This document shows, piece by piece, positions 60,094 to 64,000 of a stretch of 64,000 bases of DNA (position 1 is the first letter of the stretch; each line of letters begins with the position of its first letter). The DNA lies in NCBI GenBank assembly GCA_039588275.1, contig JBDHAC010000017.1, positions 32,001-96,000 of the forward strand, in the 5' to 3' direction. The position numbers and the translations under genes are program-made. The notes under the pieces are model-generated. The model saw only the letters and a list, made by a program, of their open reading frames with translations. It ran no database searches and had not been told where the DNA came from. The DNA comes from Gemmatimonadota bacterium (GTDB lineage Bacteria > Gemmatimonadota > Gemmatimonadetes > Palauibacterales > Palauibacteraceae).

Positions 60094-62631
60094 ATGAGCG
60101 AAGGACGTAAGATCATCCGAGCGGCGCGGCGCGGAGTCGCGGTCGCCATCTGGCTACCGGTGGTCACCCTGGCCTCGGCCTGCGTCGCGCCACGGCAGGG
60201 GCCCGCCCTAACGGGTCCGCAGGCGGCGCGCCAGGGGGCTGCAGGACCCGGCGCACGTGGCAACCAGGAGCAGGAGAAGAAGCCCTACAGCGAAATGGTG
60301 ACCGAGGAGGCGGTCACGGACTCGGGCCTGTTCATCCTGCACCGGGTCGATGACAAGCTGCTGTTCGAGATCCCCCGACCGATCCTCGGGCGTGAGATCC
60401 TGCTCGTCTCCCGAGCTGCGCGCACCACGGCCGGCCTGGGATACGGCGGGATGAAGACCAACACGCAGACGCTCCGCTGGGAGGAAAACCACGACGACCA
60501 GATCCTGCTGCGGATCGCTTCGCACGTGAACGTGGCCAACGACTCGCTACCCATCTACGAGGCGGTGAGGAACTCCAACTTCGAGCCTATCGTTCGCTCC
60601 TTCGCCATCCGGGCGGAGAACGAGGACAGCACCAACGTGGTGATCGACGCCACCGACCTGTTCACGAAGGACGTCCCCATGATCGGACTGAGCAGTAGCA
60701 GTCGCGAGACGTTTCGCGTCCGCTCGCTCGACGAGAGCCGATCGTTCATCGAGTGGAGCAAGAGCTTCCCACGGAATGTCGAGGTCCGTCACGTTCTGAC
60801 GTACAACGCGCAGCGCCCGCCTACGAATCCGACCACGGGTGCCATGTCGATCGAGATGAACCAATCAATGATCCTGCTCCCCGATGAGCCCATGCAGCCG
60901 CGGATCTGGGACGAGCGCGTGGGATTCTTCCGGGTTCAGCAGGTGGACTACGGCCGCAGCGATCAGAAGGTCATAACTCGCAGGTACGTGACGCGCTGGC
61001 GCCTGGAGCCGAGCGACACGGCGGCGTTCCGGCGCGGCGAGCTGGTCGATCCCGTCAAGCCCATCGTGTACTACATCGACCCCGCCACCCCGGAGAAATG
61101 GCGCCCCTATCTGAAAGCCGGCATCGAAGACTGGCAGGCGGCGTTCGAGGCGGCCGGGTTCAGGGACGCGATCATCGCGCGCGACCCGCCCTCGCTCGAG
61201 GAAGATCCGGAGTTCAGCCCCGAGGACGTGCGATACTCGGTGATCCGGTGGTTCCCATCACAGGTCCAGAACGCCTTCGGGCCGCACGTGCACGACCCGC
61301 GCACCGGCGAGATCCTGGAGAGCGACATCGGGTGGTTCCACAACGTCGCGAACCTGTTGCGCAACTGGTACTTCATCCAGACCGCGGCCGCCAACCCCAC
61401 GGCGCGGCGAGTGTTGTTCGACGACGAGGTGATGGGGAGGCTGATCCGGTTCGTGTCGGCGCACGAGGTCGGACACACCCTGGGGCTGCCCCACAACATG
61501 AAGGCGAGTGCCGCCTTCCCCGTGGATTCGCTCCGCGCGCCCGGGTTCGTGTGCCGGGAAGGCGTCGCGCCGTCCATCATGGACTACGCGCGCTTCAATT
61601 ACGTCGCGCAGCCCGAGGACGAGGGCGCCTGCTTCGACCCGAGAATCGGGACGTACGACAAGTACGCCGTCATGTGGGGCTACCGGCCGATCCTCGACGC
61701 GGGGTCTGCGGATCAGGAGCGTGAGACGCTCGACGAATGGATCCGCGAGCACGAGGGAGATCCGGTCTACTACTTCGGCGACCCGAGCGGGATCGACCCT
61801 ACTTCGCTGACCGAGGCGATCGGGTCGGATGCGATGGAGGCGTCGGCGCTCGGGATCGAGAACCTCAAGCGGATCCTCCCGAACCTGATCGAGTGGACAC
61901 GAGACGAGCAGGAGTTGGAGGACTACGCGGAGATCCAGGAGCTGTACAACGCCGTCATCGGTCAGTGGAATCGGTACATGGGGCATGTCGCGGCCAACAT
62001 CGGCGGCGTGACCCGCACGCGAAGAGCGGTCGGACAGGACGGACCCGTGTACGAGTTCGTGGATGAGGCCACCCAGCGTCGCGCCATGCAGTTCTTCGCG
62101 GATCAAGCCTTCCAGCCACCGACCTGGATGATCGACGAAACGATCCTGTCGCGCATCGAGAACCCCTCCACGGTCGAGCGCATGCGTGGGCTCCAGGTCG
62201 GCGTCGTGAACCGCATCCTCGACCCCGGCCGTATGCAGCGGCTGATCGAGGCGGGCGCTCGAAACGGCCCCGACTCGTACGAGCTGGTCGAGATGCTGGA
62301 CGACCTGAGGGGAGCCATCTGGAGCGAGCTGCAAAGCGGAGAGTCGGTGGGCGTGTACCGCCGGAACCTCCAGCGCGGCTACCTGGAGCGCCTAGAGTTC
62401 CTCATGGATAACGACCTCCCGCCCGTCGTGTTCGCGTTCGGAGGTATCGGCAACTTCCTCACGCGGGTGGATGTCTCGCAGTCGGATATCCGGGCGTTCG
62501 TGCGCGGCGAGCTCGAGACGCTCAAGCGAGAGATCCAGCGCGCGCTGAGCCGTGGGCCGGATCGAGTGACTCGCCTGCACCTGCAAGACGCCATCGTCCG
62601 CATCGACGATACCCTGGATCCGAGCGACTGA
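60094..62631 (+). CDS. Zinc-dependent metalloprotease lipoprotein (DUF5117/DUF4953, EcxA-like)
   Basis: ASAC lipobox, KPIVYYID, DPRTGEILESD, AHEVGHTLGLPHN (HExxHxxGxxH), SIMDY Met-turn. Start 60094 or 60055. Confidence 0.9.
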   Translation: MSEGRKIIRAARRGVAVAIWLPVVTLASACVAPRQGPALTGPQAARQGAAGPGARGNQEQEKKPYSEMVTEEAVTDSGLFILHRVDDKLLFEIPRPILGREILLVSRAARTTAGLGYGGMKTNTQTLRWEENHDDQILLRIASHVNVANDSLPIYEAVRNSNFEPIVRSFAIRAENEDSTNVVIDATDLFTKDVPMIGLSSSSRETFRVRSLDESRSFIEWSKSFPRNVEVRHVLTYNAQRPPTNPTTGAMSIEMNQSMILLPDEPMQPRIWDERVGFFRVQQVDYGRSDQKVITRRYVTRWRLEPSDTAAFRRGELVDPVKPIVYYIDPATPEKWRPYLKAGIEDWQAAFEAAGFRDAIIARDPPSLEEDPEFSPEDVRYSVIRWFPSQVQNAFGPHVHDPRTGEILESDIGWFHNVANLLRNWYFIQTAAANPTARRVLFDDEVMGRLIRFVSAHEVGHTLGLPHNMKASAAFPVDSLRAPGFVCREGVAPSIMDYARFNYVAQPEDEGACFDPRIGTYDKYAVMWGYRPILDAGSADQERETLDEWIREHEGDPVYYFGDPSGIDPTSLTEAIGSDAMEASALGIENLKRILPNLIEWTRDEQELEDYAEIQELYNAVIGQWNRYMGHVAANIGGVTRTRRAVGQDGPVYEFVDEATQRRAMQFFADQAFQPPTWMIDETILSRIENPSTVERMRGLQVGVVNRILDPGRMQRLIEAGARNGPDSYELVEMLDDLRGAIWSELQSGESVGVYRRNLQRGYLERLEFLMDNDLPPVVFAFGGIGNFLTRVDVSQSDIRAFVRGELETLKREIQRALSRGPDRVTRLHLQDAIVRIDDTLDPSD

Positions 62632-62714
62632 GCTGCTCGGGTCCAAACAGACAGCCTCGGCTGCACTGGCGCGCTCCGGCTGCGCTGGCGAGCGGTCCGG
62701 CTGCAGGACGAGAG

Positions 62715-62740
62715 AGGGCCGGGACCTTCCCGGCCCTTTC
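62715..62740 (+). terminator. Putative hairpin terminator
   Basis: AGGGCCGGGA-CCT-TCCCGGCCCT followed by TTC; weak U-tract. Confidence 0.45.
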
Positions 62741-62881
62741 GACATGTGACAAAGCGCGCGGAGGGCTTGTCCAAATGGGCGAGCTCGGGCCGGACGCGTC
62801 GAATCAAAGCGGCGCCGTGGCAGGGCCCGATCGGGGCGCGTACGTTGAGATTCCGCCCACAACAGAACCCGGAGGACTTGC

Positions 62882-63481
62882 ATGTCTTCGACACTTTCTT
62901 CGCTACTCGAGCAACTCACAGGCGACTCGCTCGGCCCGTTGTCCCGGCAGTTGGGTGCCGACCGCTCCTCTACCAAGGCCGCCCTCGGGGCCGCCCTGCC
63001 ACTTCTCTTTCAAGGCCTGGCTCGCAACGCTACGCAACCCGAGGGGGCCGCGTCTCTACACCGCGCGCTGGAGCGCGATCACGACGGGAGCGTGCTGGAC
63101 GACCTCGACGGTTTCCTGAGTCAGCCGGACACGGATGACGGGAACGGAATCCTGGGGCACATCCTCGGTGACCGACGCTCGGCGGTCGAGGGCGGCGTCT
63201 CGAAGTCCAGCGGTCTCGACCTCTCCAAGGTCACGCAGCTCATGGCGATGGTCGCCCCGCTCGTGATGGGTGCGCTGGGTCGTCAACAGCGGCACGGACA
63301 ACTGGACCAGGGCGGACTCACCGACTGGCTGGGATCCGAGCAACGGCAGGCGGCGGCAGCGGCACCCGAGCTGGGCGGGCTCGCCCGCTTGCTCGATGCC
63401 GACAACGACGGGAGCATCGCCGACGATATCGCGGGGCTCGGCAAGGGTCTGCTCGGCAGCCTGCTCGGCGGACGCCGGTAA
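62882..63481 (+). CDS. DUF937 family protein
   Basis: GGAGG RBS; ALERDHDGSVLDDL, DGNGILGHILG, LLDADNDGSIADD. Confidence 0.85.
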   Translation: MSSTLSSLLEQLTGDSLGPLSRQLGADRSSTKAALGAALPLLFQGLARNATQPEGAASLHRALERDHDGSVLDDLDGFLSQPDTDDGNGILGHILGDRRSAVEGGVSKSSGLDLSKVTQLMAMVAPLVMGALGRQQRHGQLDQGGLTDWLGSEQRQAAAAAPELGGLARLLDADNDGSIADDIAGLGKGLLGSLLGGRR

Positions 63482-63571
63482 TCCACGAACGACCGCGAGA
63501 GGCGTCTACTGACCGCCAGGCCTGCGTGGCCGTCGGTTCGGGACACAGACTAGAAACCAACGGAGGAATCA

Positions 63572-64000
63572 ATGGGTCTATTCGATTTCGTGCGCGACGC
63601 CGGCGAGAAGCTCGGCATCGTGAAGGACAAAGAGAAGGAAGCGGTCGAGGAGTACATCGAGGAGCAGCAGAAGGCGAACGCGCTGTGGCACATGGTGACG
63701 AATCTCGGGCTGGAGGTGGAGGATCTCCAGGTTCTGTACGATGATGGCGTCGCGACTCTGCACGGGAAGGCACCGAGCCAGACCGAGAAGGAGAAGGTGA
63801 TCCTCGCGATCGGGAACACCCAGGGCGTCGGTCAGGTCGACGACCGCATCCAGGTGGTGGAACCCGAGCCCGAGGCGGTCTTCTACACGGTCGAATCCGG
63901 AGACACGCTGTCGAAGATCTCGCTCCAACAGTACGGAGACGCGATGAAGTATCCGCTGATCTTCGAGGCGAACAAGCCGATGTTGAAGGACCCGGACCTC
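63572..64000 (+). CDS. kbp: BON-LysM potassium-binding protein Kbp/YgaU-like, partial
   Basis: Not in the ORF track; my translation MGLFDFVRDAGEKL...LAIGNTQGV..VDD...YTVESGDTLSKI...YG...IFEANKPMLKDPD; GGAGG RBS. Confidence 0.9.
   Translation, partial: MGLFDFVRDAGEKLGIVKDKEKEAVEEYIEEQQKANALWHMVTNLGLEVEDLQVLYDDGVATLHGKAPSQTEKEKVILAIGNTQGVGQVDDRIQVVEPEPEAVFYTVESGDTLSKISLQQYGDAMKYPLIFEANKPMLKDPDL

Noticed and set aside
1..64000. CRISPR array, rRNA, intact transposase or prophage genes
   Set aside because: No regularly spaced repeat-spacer series and no recognisable motifs for these were seen by eye.

Overview
GC-rich bacterial chromosomal segment. A Gemmatimonadota-like origin is inferred from gene order and protein styles, not proven. 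Most of the window is core genome on the minus strand: secD-secF-tatD-mutL-miaA-bshA-uppP-nadC-birA-coaX-M28 peptidase; CIRCE-groS-groL; two tandem HExxH metalloprotease lipoproteins; thrS-[L20 leader]-infC-rpmI-rplT-pheS-pheT-zapB-like-zapA-[6S-like RNA]-rny-folD-xseA-xseB-ispA-nadK-recN; and tRNA-Cys-cax. The most unusual part is about 9.8-17.2 kb. An intact tRNA-Leu(CAA) (13301-13385) has a displaced 5' half 3.8 kb upstream and a displaced 3' half 3.4 kb downstream. Both halves break exactly at the 7-nt anticodon loop CTCAAAA. A third, inverted 5'-half copy carries the same ~115-bp conserved arm as the upstream half. A degenerate tyrosine-integrase-like C-terminus, absent from the ORF track, points into the 5' end of the intact tRNA. 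Together this suggests anticodon-loop-targeting elements entering from both sides, including an unusual mode that restores the tRNA by supplying its 5' half. The cargo is a frameshifted Ser/Thr kinase-TPR gene, a lipoprotein and a sialidase-like BNR protein. No CRISPR array, rRNA or intact transposase/integrase was seen. All product calls come from motifs recognised by eye; no database searches were run.
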